Positions 26,988-38,185 of a stretch of DNA of 64,000 nucleotides are shown one piece after another (position 1 is the first letter of the stretch; each line of letters starts with the position of its first letter). The notes beneath the pieces were generated by a model, which saw nothing but the letters and a program-made list of their open reading frames with translations, searched no databases and had not been told where the DNA came from. Made by a program: the position numbers and the translations under genes. The stretch spans positions 10,418,001-10,482,000 of the forward strand of contig NC_058383.1 of NCBI RefSeq assembly GCF_018350175.1, written 5' to 3'. The DNA comes from Felis catus (taxonomy: Eukaryota).

Positions 26988-27221
26988 GGGGCACCTGGGT
27001 GGCTCAGTCGGTTAAGCGTCCGACTTCGGCTCAGGTCACGATCTCACGGTCCGTGAGTTCGAGCCCCGCGTCGGGCTCTGGGCTGACACCTTGGAACCTG
27101 GAGTCTGCTTCAGCTTCTGTCTCTCGCTCTCACTCTCTCTCTCTCTGCCCCTCCCTTGTTCACGCTCTGTCTCTCTCTCTCTGTCAAAAATAAATAAACA
27201 TTAAAAACATAACAATAAAAA
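26988..27221 (+). mobile_element. Can-SINE (SINEC_Fc-type) with perfect 15-bp TSD
   Basis: TAAAAGCTAAAGGTA at 26973-26987 and 27222-27236. Confidence 0.96.
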
Positions 27222-27533
27222 TAAAAGCTAAAGGTAAAACTGTAAAGCTTCTAAAAGAAAACCTAGGAGAATAACTACATGACATTTGGGTAAGCAAAGA
27301 TTTCCCAACAGGACAGAAAAAGCACCAACCACTAGAGAAAAGATTGATAAAATTGACTTTGTTAAAATCAAGAACTTCGACTCACCAAAAGGCAACGTTA
27401 AAAGAAAGGCAAGCCACAGAGTAGGAGAAGATCCTTCAAATACATATAACCAATCACAGAATTATATCAGCAAATAAAAAGAACACCTACAACTCAATAG
27501 AAAAACAGTAAATGACCCAGTTTTTAAAATGGA

Positions 27534-27740
27534 GAGGCACCTGGGTGGCTCAGTCGGTTAAGCGTCCGACTTCAGCTCAGGTCACGATCTCACGGTCCGT
27601 GAGTTCGAGCCCCGCGTCGGGCTCTGTGCTGACAGCTCGGAGCCTGGAGCCTGCTTCGGATTCTATCTCCTTCTCTCTCTGCCCCTCCCCCACTTGTGCT
27701 CTGTCTCTCTCTATCAAAAATAAGTAAATGTAAAAAAAAA
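27534..27740 (+). mobile_element. Can-SINE (SINEC_Fc-type)
   Basis: Near-consensus head and body, poly-A. Confidence 0.95.
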
Positions 27741-28000
27741 GTTTTTTAAGTGGACAGGACTTGAACAGACACTTCACAAACAAGGATGTTCAAAAGCCTA
27801 CAAGGCATGTGGGAAAGTGTTCACCATCATTACTCATCAGGGAAATAAAAGTTAAAATCACAATGAGATACCCGTATACACCCACCAGAATGGCTAAAAT
27901 TTAAAAAGTTGACAATTCTAAGTGTTGACAGGATGAGGAACAACTGGTACTCAGACATTGCTGATGGGAATATTAAATGGGCCAACCACTGCACCCCCCC

Positions 28001-28111
28001 TTTTTTTTAGATTTTATTTTTAAGTAACCTCTGCACCTAAGGTGAGACTCGAACTCGTGACCCCAAGACCAAGAGTTGCACTCTCCACCAACTGAGCCAG
28101 CCAGGCGCCCC
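28001..28111 (-). mobile_element. Short Can-SINE (tRNA-like head plus tail)
   Basis: Reverse complement GGGGCGCCTGGCTGGCTCAGTTGGTGGAG...GTTCGAGTC...poly-A. Confidence 0.85.
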
Positions 28112-28489
28112 CCCCCCCGCCCCCGTACAACCACTTTGTAGCTGTCTGGAAGTTCCTCAAAAATTATACATACAATTACCATAAACTTCAGCAATTGCGC
28201 TCCTAGCCCTGTACCCACGAGAAATGAGGACACGTCTCCGCAAAATGTCAAGAACGTTCCCCGCGACATTATTTGCGATAGCAAAACCGTGGGAACAGCC
28301 CAAATGTACATTGCCATCAGCACGGGTAAATAAACGGTGGTAAATTGATAAAATGAAATACCACGAGCGATGAAAACGAATGTGCTATTGTTATACACAC
28401 AACGGCATAGACAAATCCCACAGACACAGTAACAGCACGGAAAATCAGACACCGAACACGGACTGTGACGTTCCTTTTATACGAAGTCT

Positions 28490-28972
28490 GCGTGAGTCTC
28501 CTGGGGCTGCCGTAACGAACGCGGTGTCTTGGAACAACGAAAATGTATTCTCTTACGGCTCTGGAGCCAGGAGTCCAAAATCAAGGTGTTAGAAGGCTCT
28601 GGGGAAGAACTTCTTTGCCTGTTCCTGGCTTCTGGTCACTGACAGCCACTATCAGCGTTCCTCGGCTTCCAGGTGCTCCGTTCTAATCTCTGCCTCTGTC
28701 TTCACGTGCCTGTCTTCCTCCCTGTGTGTCTGTGTGTCCCCGTGTCTTCCCATGGCTGTCTTCTCCCTGTGTCTCTATGTCCTTATGTCTTCAGATGGCC
28801 TTCTTATGAAAACACCAGTCACTGTGTTTAGGGCCTACACTCTTCCAGTATGACCTCATCTTAATTTGATTATATCTGCAAAGACCATATTTCCAAATAC
28901 GGTCACATTCACAGGCACCAGGGATTAGGACTTGAATGTATCTTTTGGGGGGACACAACTCACCCCACAACA
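28490..28972 (-). mobile_element. MaLR solo LTR (MLT1 family)
   Basis: Typical MLT1 motifs: GGGGCTGCCGTAAC, AGTCCAAAATCAAGGTGT, CTCATCTTAATTTGATTATATCTGCAAAGACC, GGGGGACACAA..CACAACA. Confidence 0.85.
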
Positions 28973-29202
28973 AAGTCCAAGAACAGGCACCACTAATCTA
29001 TGGTGACAGACACTAGCTTGAGCGGTGATCTCCAGCGGGTACTGCTTGGAAGAGACATAGAGGAGTCTGCGGGGCTGGAAATGGTCTGTACGTTGATGTG
29101 GGGGGTGGCGATAGGGTGTATAGACATGCAAAACTCCTCAAGCTGCCCATCTAAGCTTTGTGCACTTTGCGTGTGCTATTCCCACTTTAAAATGCCCTTG
29201 TG

Positions 29203-29499
29203 GGGGGAGCCCGGCTGGCTCAGCCGCTTAAGCGCCGGACTCTTGCTCTCAGCTCAGGTCACGATCTCACGGTTCGCGAGTTTGAGCCCCGCTTCGGACT
29301 CTGCACTGACAGCGTGGAGCCTGCCTGGGATTCTTTGTCTCCTTCTGTCTCTCTGCCCCTTCCTTACTCATGCTGTCTCTCTCTGTGTGTCAAATATAAA
29401 TAAATAAACATTAAAAAAATAGAAGAAAGAAGAGAGAAAGAAAGAAAGAAAGAAGAGAGGTAGAGAAAGAAAGAGAAAGGAAGAAAGAAAAAAGAAAAA

Positions 29500-29551
<52 letters not shown>

Positions 29552-29553
29552 AA
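29203..29553 (+). mobile_element. Can-SINE whose tail has expanded into a (GAAA)n microsatellite (29421-29553)
   Basis: SINEC body followed by (AAAG)n. Confidence 0.93.
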
Positions 29554-30634
29554 TGCTCTTGTGGAATTGAGGTAACACCCACGTAAGACTGACACATGCA
29601 GGCCCACTCACCCTCACGGACACCTCCCCCAGGCCTTGGTGTCATCCTGTACAATCAGCAGGGGTCAGCAAGAGGGCTGGCCAGGCCGCCCTGGTGATTT
29701 CAAGTGGACCATGAGGCAGAGACGGGATGCATCTGCCCCAAACCTGAAAGCCACCACCCATGCCCAGGGCCACAGAGACTATCCCACGGGGCACACTTCC
29801 TCCCCTGGGGCCTGGAAGGAAAGTTCAGGCAGCCGAGTCTGCATAGCATAAACTACTTAAATGCAAATCCGGGGACTTGAAATGCTCAGGCCCTGCAGAA
29901 GTGAACCCCCGCCCCCAGAGGCAGAGAAAGATACAGGAACACAGAGAGAGACTGGAAGGAGAGATATGCAGGCGGAGAGACACAGATCAAGAGATAGAGA
30001 GAAAGGGACAGACAGCGGGAGACATCCACCCATTTACTTACCCCCTTCTGGGTCTGAGTTCTGGCTCAGGTCAAGATGGGTGCTGGGGACGCAGAGGCGT
30101 CGAGACTAGAGCCATCTCCCAAGGAGCTCCCGGCGGTGAAATAAATTCCTGACATCCAGAGGGAGTGGGGCCAGCCTTTAAGTCAGGTCTGCCCCTCTTC
30201 CCGAGAGAGCCGGTGTTTCATCCCCCCTCTCTCCACACCTCCTTCAAGAATCCAGAGATGAGATGGATCCCAAAAGCAGAGGAAGTGATAGGCCAGCCTG
30301 GGGAGGGCATGGGCCAGGCAGGGGAAGACCCCCAGTGCGAAGGGCCGGCTCCAGGAGATGTGCATCAGCCCCCCTCCCAACACCCTGCTCTTCCCCTCCG
30401 ATCCCTCCCAGGCCTTGCTCTGTCTGAGGACAGGGGCTGGGGAGAGACGCTGGACTTGAATGAAGGCTCAGATCCCATCTGCCATGACTGGTTGTGGGGC
30501 CTTGGGCAAGTCGCTTAACCTCTCTGGGCCTCAGTTTGCTCTTTTGATAATGGCAGGAGAATGTTTCAAAATACAGGTCGGGTATGGTGAGGCCAACAGA
30601 TCAGGAGAGGATCGCCATTGAAAAGATGATCCAA

Positions 30635-30825
30635 GGGGCGCCTGGGGGGCTCAGTCGGTTAAGCATCCGACTCTTGATTTCGACTCAGGTCATGATCTCA
30701 CCTGGTTCATGAGATCGAGCCCCACATGGGGCTCCGTGCTGGTAGCTCAGAGCCTGCTTAGGATTCTCTCGCCCTCTCTCTCTGCCCCACCCTGCTCAAA
30801 AATAAATAAACATTTAAAAAAGAAA
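30635..30825 (+). mobile_element. Can-SINE
   Basis: SINEC head and poly-A. Confidence 0.92.
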
Positions 30826-30829
30826 AGGA

Positions 30830-31280
30830 AAGATAGTTTGTTACTCGCAGATCCCAAGAGAGAGGGGCTAGCTAGGCAGAGCCACACGGGGAAGCCCCAG
30901 GGCTGGTCAGAAGGCCATGGGGGAAGGAATGCGGACAGGACCCTTTGCTGTGGTTGCTGTGGGAAGGAGAGGGTGAGTCAGGATAAGCGGACTCAGAGTT
31001 GGCTACTCTGAATAAGTTAGGTGGGCTTTTGGGTGTAGAGATGGCCCCCAATTGTCTGATGCCTGGCCACGGCGTGATTAGGGCCAGTGGGTACTGGCCT
31101 GGAGCGTGAGAGCCCCATAAAGTTGGGGGTTGAGGTGTAGGCTCTGGATGGGTTGGTTCATCCATGAAAAGCATGGCCCCAGACAAGCTGTTTGCTGTCG
31201 CCAGGAATTAGCTCGCCCTCAGAGGGGGGGCCCCTCCAGGGTCAACGCAGCCCCAAGACATCACGGAAGTTCCCAGAATG
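30830..31280. mobile_element. Probable ancient ERVL-type LTR fragment (family uncertain)
   Basis: Recalled resemblance of motifs such as TTACTCGCAGATCCCAAGAGAG and TTGGCTACTCTGAATAAGT; not aligned. Confidence 0.4.
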
Positions 31281-31809
31281 GCGCTGACAGGTGGCAGAAG
31301 CTCGGCAGAGGCTAGCCTCCAAAGCCGCATCTCACCTCCTCGGGGAAGCCTTCCTCAACTGGCCCCCCACCTGGCACCTCTTCTGCCTGATCCCCCCTCC
31401 CAGGCCTCCCCTTAACACTCTCAGATGCCCTTTCTCTACATCAGCGAGCTCTCGCACGCATGGTTCTGGGGGCCAGCGGTCTCATTCGTCCGGGCCGTTG
31501 GGAGAAGAGGGGGCAGTTCAGCTGGAATCGGAGAGTATTTTTAAAGAAATGAATGAAAACAATGATATCCCCCCGCCTGGATACTCGGACCAGCTGGTGC
31601 CACAGTGTGACTGGGAAAGACCCCTCAGAGAGGTCAGAGCGGGTGCGGGGTATTCTGTCCTTCTAGGCAAGAATCAGAACCAAAGGGTCCGCTCTCGGGA
31701 GAAGGTGCAATGAATGTGTGGATGGTCAGGGAAGGAATCAGAGCGTCCAGAGGGCTTAGTTCCAGAATGTTCCTTCGCTGCACTTGCGGCCTGGCAGGAA
31801 GGAGGAGAG

Positions 31810-32093
31810 ACTAGGGTCTTCACAGAGGCTAGTTAAGTCAAAATGAGGTCATTGAAGGAGAATGGGTGCCCTTGTAAGAAGTGGAGATTAGGCCACAGAC
31901 ATACACAGAGGGATGACCACACAGGACATGGCAAGAAGGCGGCCATCTTATCTGCTAGCCAAGGAGAGAGGCCTCGGGAGAAACCAACCCTTCATCTCGA
32001 GTGTCAGCCTCCAGAACAGCGAGACAATAAGTTCCTATTGTCTGAGCCCACCCCCCCCCCCCCAGTCTGTAGTCCTTTGGTTATGGCTGACTA
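31810..32093 (+). mobile_element. MaLR LTR fragment (MLT1 family)
   Basis: AAAATGAGGTCATT...AGCCAAGGAGAGAGGCCTCGGGAGAAACCAACCCT...CAGCCTCCAGAAC. Confidence 0.8.
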
Positions 32094-32199
32094 GTACACC
32101 CTCTGGTGGCTCCTCCTTCTTTCCAGAAGCAGCAGCTGTGGGTGGAAGATACAGGTGACCTTCACACAGAGGGGTCTGGTCTGATGGTCAAGGTTAGGC

Positions 32200-32391
32200 C
32201 CGTGGTTCTCATGTTTGAAGGTGCTCACACATCATCTGGTGGGCTCATTATAGCACAGATCGCTGGTCCCCCCACCATGTGTCCGAGTCCGAAGATTGGG
32301 GCGGGGCCTGGGAATCTGCGTTGCTAACAAGTTTCGTCCCCTGTGGTGCTGATGCTACTGCTGGTCCGGGGACCGCACTTTGAGAACCAAC
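32200..32391. mobile_element. MER5-like hAT-Charlie MITE
   Basis: Terminal inverted repeats GTGGTTCTCA...TGAGAACCA, about 190 bp. Confidence 0.75.
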
Positions 32392-33407
32392 GATTTTCGT
32401 GCTCATCAAACCCTGAGAACCGCGGGCCAGACAGCCGGAGTCCCCTGTGGGAGAGTCACTTGCAGAGATGGGCCGTCTGGCCCCAATGTTTTGCAAGCTC
32501 TGCTGTGCATCAGAAGGTCTTGGGAAAACCCCAACACTCGGGCCCTAGACCAGAGATTGTGGTCCGGGGTACGGCCTGGGCAGTGAGACTTAGAAACCCC
32601 CACGGGTTCTGACGTCCAGCTAGAGGACGGCACCTTCTCCGCTCTGCACAGCCATTGTTCAGAGGGGGGTCCGAGCCTGAGCGGGGAGGTGTTACCCAGG
32701 GTCACACAGCAACTGGGGTGGGTCAGGGAATGGATGGGCAGGGACCCTGCCTTCCCACCAGAGTGGCCGTTTCCAGGATTTCTACGCCCCCAAAGCCCTC
32801 CTTCAAATGAAATGTTACTCAGAGCCCCAGTATATAAACCACACAAAACCATGTCCACCTTGGTATTTGTTGCGTGGGGCCAGGAGTCATGCCCACCCAG
32901 CGACCCCACCTCTGTCTTCGGGAGTGAAGTTCTAACTCATGATGTCCTCCCCGGGGCGGCACGGGGAGGCGACCCTCAGGAGTCTGGAGGGCTTTCGGGC
33001 CAGGAGCACGCATAGTCCACACCGCAAGAACAATGTGACCCAAGCTTGGGGGCCAAGACCCCAGTTCTTATCAGCTTGGCAAGACCCTGATGTGTAGCCA
33101 AGCCATGGGGGTCAACGAGGTGTGTCGAAGGGGGGAGGTTTCCCTGTCCCCACCTGTTCACTGATACATTTACTCCACCACACTGTGAGCGTCTCCCCGC
33201 ATGTACATGGACAACTCGTAAATAGGGATTGCAACAGCATCTTGCAGACTTTCTGACCGTGACATGCAGGACAAGAATCCAGGGCTCGCACGCAAACACA
33301 TGTAACTCAGACAAAAGATTGAAGACAGCAAGGCTGGTCCGGTCACAAGTATTACCCTTCATCCATTCCATTCCACCCTGTTCTCTCCATCTTAAAATGT
33401 TGTTCCT

Positions 33408-33570
33408 GGGGGCTTCTGGGTGGCTCAGTCAGTTAAGCGTCCGACTCCAGCTCAGGTCATGATCTCGCGGCTTGTGGGTTTGAGCCCCGCGTCGGGCTCT
33501 GTGCTGACAGCTCGGAGCCTGGAGCCTGCTTCCGATTCTCTGTCTCCTTCTCGGCCCTCCCCCGCTCATG

Positions 33571-33604
<34 letters not shown>

Positions 33605-33633
33605 TTCTCTCAAAAATAAACATGAAAAAAAAA
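33408..33633 (+). mobile_element. Can-SINE (first of a tail-to-tail pair)
   Basis: SINEC body, (CT)n, poly-A. Confidence 0.94.
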
Positions 33634-33650
33634 TCTTTATTTTTTTATTA

Positions 33651-33859
33651 TTTTTTTTAATGTTTATTTATTTTTGAGAGAGACAGACAGATGGTGAGCA
33701 GGGGAGGGCAGAGAGAGAGAGGGAGACACAGAATCTGAAACAGGCTCCAGGCTCCGAGCTGTCAGCACAGAGACTGATGCGGGGCTCGAACTCGCAAACG
33801 GGGAGATCAGACCCGAGCTGAAGTCGGACGCTTAACCGACTGAGCCACCCAGGCTCCCC
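33651..33859 (-). mobile_element. Can-SINE (second of the tail-to-tail pair)
   Basis: Poly-T followed by a SINEC body on the minus strand. Confidence 0.94.
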
Positions 33860-36617
33860 GAAAAGCAATTTTTTTAGTAAGTAAGTAAAGTAAAATAAAA
33901 TGCCATTTCTGAGCCACTAAATCAATTTCACACCCACCGATGGGTCACAGCCTACAATTTGAAAAGTGCTGGTGGAGCGTGAAGGCTGAGCAGGAAGGGC
34001 CAGCATCCTCCCAAGGTCAGTTACTGGCGGGTTTTACCCAGGGCGGGACAGCTGGGATTGTGTTTCCGGAAGCTCCCCGGCAGGCAGACAGACAGGCAGC
34101 CCGTGGGTGGGCTGAAGGGCAAAGGCCAGAGCCTTCAGTCTTCCTGCCTTTGCATACACCACCCGGAACACATCTCCCTGGGAAAGAAAGGAACAGGTTC
34201 AACTCTGGTATCATCTCCTCCAGGAAGCCTTCCTGATTACATCCACTTTCCCAAGACTGCAGGTGCTGGTGTCCCGTCTGTCCCCACCCCTCCCAAGACC
34301 AAGGCCCAGCCAAAGCAGGCAGCTCAGGAATGTGGAGACCAGAAGGAACGAGGGAGGAGATAACCCGGGCCCAGCGGGAGCCCCTGGCCCAGCCTCGCTT
34401 GCCTCCCACCCTGCATCCTGGCAGCTGCCCTGTCCGCCCCGTGGGACCCGCCTGGCGCCACAGGGATCAGGCCAGCTGAGGGTTCCGGGCATGGGTGGAG
34501 GGGTCTGCCCAAGGCAGGGAGCGGCCAAACGTGGTGTAGGGATGGAGACCGGCAGAACCCAGGAGGAAGAAAGCTCCCCGCCCAACAGTGTTCCCGGCTC
34601 AGGCTCTTGGAAGGGGTCCTGGGCACGATGGGCTGGAGGAGGTGAGCCGATAAGGGCGCGCAGGAGGGAGCACTGCCCTGAGCCAGGCAAAGGGAGCACG
34701 GACCAGACAGGGAAGGCGTAGACAGCTCTGCCCACCAGCTCCCAGAGCCAGCACAGGAACAACTGGGGTGCCCTGCCCAGGGAAGAGAGGGCCGTGCATC
34801 TCCAGATGTACCCCAAAGCTACGGCCATCACCCCGTCAGAGAGGGGGGTAGCTGCCAGGGTAAAATACTCCAGAGGCCTCAGTTCCAGGCCATAATGCCT
34901 TTGGGTGACCTTGTGCACCTCTGAAAGACTCCGTTTCCTCACCTGGGTAGCGGGTTGGTTTATGGAGCCGGGAATACCTGTGTGTGTCCATTGTGTGTCC
35001 CATCCCTCCTGCAGCTCACCGGGCTGCAAGTCAAAGCGGCCAGAAGCCTTCTTCTCTGGGAGTGAGTATTCTAGAGGGGCAGGAGGCCTGGAGCCCGGGG
35101 ATGGGAGAGACCCCTGGGGGCCCAGGAGCAGGTTACTACTGCCAAGCATCCCAAGAGATGGCCCAGGCCATGGGTTCCCCAGTCCGATCACAGTCCCGGG
35201 GTATGCAAAGGCACCGAGGCTCCGGTAAGATCAGCGAGGCCAGGGGCCATTCACCAGACACCTGGATTTGAGTTGGGGATGGAGGGTGGAGACAGAGAGA
35301 CCCAGTTACTGGGATGGAATTTACTGCTGTCTGGCCATGTGACAGGGGCTCCGAGTTAAAATTAAAAAGATCTGAAGGAGATACAAAGAGTGCTCTTCCT
35401 GGCTGTCCGAGCTCGCAGACAGGGCTCCTAACCCCTGTGTTTATACTTGGGATAATAATATCCCCAATCGCAAATGGAGATGTGCTTTGTAAACTGTCAA
35501 GTGTCAAACAAACGAAAGGCGTGTTCTGGATTCATCCGTCCTAGGTCCCTGGGGAGGCGGGGGGTGGGGGGGGGGGTTGCAGAGTCTGCCCGGCCAGCAA
35601 TGTTCCCCCACAGACAGCAGCAGACGGCTCAGGAGGCTATGTGGGAACAGCACGGGGCAGAACAGCACGGCCTGTCCGGGACACCCACCCCCCAGCGCGC
35701 ATCGGCCAAGGACCCAGACTGACAAATGACTCAGACACACAAACACCCAGGCCTGGGCAGAGGCGAGGCGTCGCACAGAGGCTGCTGGATCGGAGATGAG
35801 GGGCTCAGGAGCCGGGGCGTGGGGGCGGTAGGACGGGTGGAGGTGGCGCTCGTGGGGAGGGGGCCTCTCCCTGGGCCTTCCTCCCCTCCCTCCAACCTCA
35901 GCCATGGGCCCTGATTGCCTCAGTGGTGTCATGGAGCCCATCGTGCATCTGAGCACTTGCTGTATACATGATGCTTAGAGACATGAGTTTCAACCTCAAA
36001 GGCTTACAAAGAAGACCCCTGTGTCCATAAGAGGAAACTGGGGTTTCTGGGGGTTAATTCATTAGCATCGATGTCACCACTATTGGGTATTACTCGGTGA
36101 TCTGTCCAAGCTCACGTGCTTATCAGTGATGACCACCTGCAGCCTGCAGCCTGGGAGAAGCAGAAACACCCTGTGCTAGAATCCCAGCCCCTTCCCCAAC
36201 TTCCAAACTGCCTCTGAGAACCTCCTGTTCCTCCCTCAGGCTAATCCTGCGTGATGATCCAGACCCCCGGGCCCCCGTTTTTAAGTGCAGACCCTTTATG
36301 CCCAGCAAAGTCTGACATCTGCCCCGTTGGCAGTTCCTTCCCTTTGCTGGCCCATAGTAGGAGAGGTCCCTGGCTGCCTCTGGGCAGGGACGGGCCACCA
36401 AAGGCCTTTCTCGTTTTCCAGCCAAAGTGTCAGTTCGAGGTGCTGTCTCGTACCCCACCTGCTCTGGCTGGGTCACCAGCATGAGGCAGGACCTCTCCTC
36501 TGGGGCTGCCTGCCAAGGTTGCGCCCCAGGCCTCGCCCTCCCCATCATGCCCTGTAGCCTTTGAATAGCGGGATCCCGCTCAGGCTCATCCTCACCAGTC
36601 CCCCTCGTGACCTCCAC

Positions 36618-38185
36618 CTGCGTTGTCTAGTCCGGTGGCCCTTGGCCACACATGGCTACTGAGCGCTTTAAATGCGACTAGTCTTCCAAAAAATAAATAA
36701 ATAAAAATAAATGCAACTAGTCCAAACTGAGAGATGCTCTAAATGTAACCTCCACGCCAGTTTTTTTTTTTTTTTTTTTTTAGTTGAGTGTAATTGACGT
36801 ATAACATTTGTTTCAGGGGTACAACATGATAATTTGATATTTGTGTATATTTGGGTTTTTTACATGTTTATTTTATTTACTTTGAGAGACAGGGAGAGAA
36901 TCCTAAGCAGGCTCCACATCGTCAGCACAGAGGCTGACACGGAGCGCAAACTCACAAACCGCGAAATCGTGACCTGAGCCGAAATCAAGAGCCCCCTAAC
37001 TGGCTGAGCCACCCAGGAGCCCCCATATTTGTATATATTGTGAAATGATCACCACAATAACTCTGGATAACATCCATCACCAGATACAGTTACAACCATT
37101 TTTCTTGGGATGAGAACTTTTAAGATCTGCTCTCTTAGCCATTCTCAAATACGTAATACAGCATTTTTAAATGTTTATTTATTTTTGAGCAAGAGACGGA
37201 CAGAGCATGATCAGGGGAGGGGCAGAGAGAGAGGGAGACACAGAATCGGAAGCAGGCTCCAGGCTCTGAGCTGTCAGCACAGAGCCTGATGCGGGACTCG
37301 AACTCACCAGCCGTGAGATCATGACGTGAGTGGAAGTCGGCCGTTTTAACGACTGAGCCACCCAGGCGTCCCTATAATATGACATCGTTAGCTATAGTCT
37401 CCATTCTGCACGTTACAGCCACGGGGCTGATTTATCTTATAACTGTAAGTTTATACCTTTTGACCGCCTTTCCCCTTCCACCCACCCTGCAACCCCCAAC
37501 CCATTCCCTGTATCTGCGAGTTGGGGGTTAGTTATTTATTTATTTATTAGATTTCACGTATAAGTGAGGTCATACGGTATTTGTCTTTCTCTGTCTGACT
37601 TATTACACTAAGCATGATACCCTCAAGGTCCATATGTTATTGCAAATGGCAGAAATTCCTTTCTTTCTTATGGCCAAATAACATTCCATTGTATGTATAT
37701 ATATATATTTTTTTCTTTGTCCGTTCATCTTTGGTGGATACTCAGGTTGCTTCCATGTTCTAGCGATTGTAAATAATGCTTCAATGAACATGGGGTGCAG
37801 ATGTCTTTTTTTTTTTGAAATGTTTATTTTTGAGAGGGAGAGAGAGAGAGAGAGAGGGAGAGAGACTCTTAAGCAGGCTCCACGCTGTCAGCACAGAGCC
37901 CAACACAGGGCTCGATCTCACGAACCACGAGATCATGACCTGATCTGAGACCAAGGGTCAGATGCCCAACCAGCTGAGCCACCCGGGCGCCCAACAGATG
38001 TCCTTTACAATTAACATCTTTGTTTCCTTCGGATACACACCCAGAAGTGGAATTGAGTCCTACACCCCAGTTTCAAGACTTAGAAAAAAAAAATAATGTA
38101 AAATATAGACATACAGCGTATCATTAAAATCTATTTTTACTTCCTTTTTCTTTATTTTATGCGGCTATTAGAAAATCTAAAATCA
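36618..38185. mobile_element. MER33-like DNA transposon split by an antisense L1 3' end (about 36761-38058), which itself holds three antisense Can-SINEs (36855-37024, 37165-37373, 37806-37992)
   Basis: MER33-like halves at 36618-36760 and 38060-38185; degenerate L1 TSD CCT(C/A)CAC(G/C)CCAGTT; SINE TSDs ATATTTGT(G/A)TATATT and CAGATGTC. Confidence 0.8.

Larger units (their letters stand above)
27237..29195 (+). mobile_element. Old L1 (L1M-type) ORF2 end/3' UTR, interrupted by two SINEs and a MaLR LTR
   Basis: A-rich L1-like motifs, e.g. TCATCAGGGAAATAAAAGTTAAAATCACAATGAGATACC and CCCACCAGAATGGCTAAAAT. Confidence 0.85.

Noticed and set aside
29364..29654. Phe/Leu/Ser-rich 'membrane protein' ORFs and ERERER/VCVCVC ORFs elsewhere
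   Set aside because: These are translations of (GAAA)n, (CT)n and (TG)n microsatellites.
3587..37992. tRNA-like A-box/B-box sequences as tRNA genes
   Set aside because: All are heads of tRNA-derived Can-SINEs with SINE bodies, poly-A tails and often TSDs.
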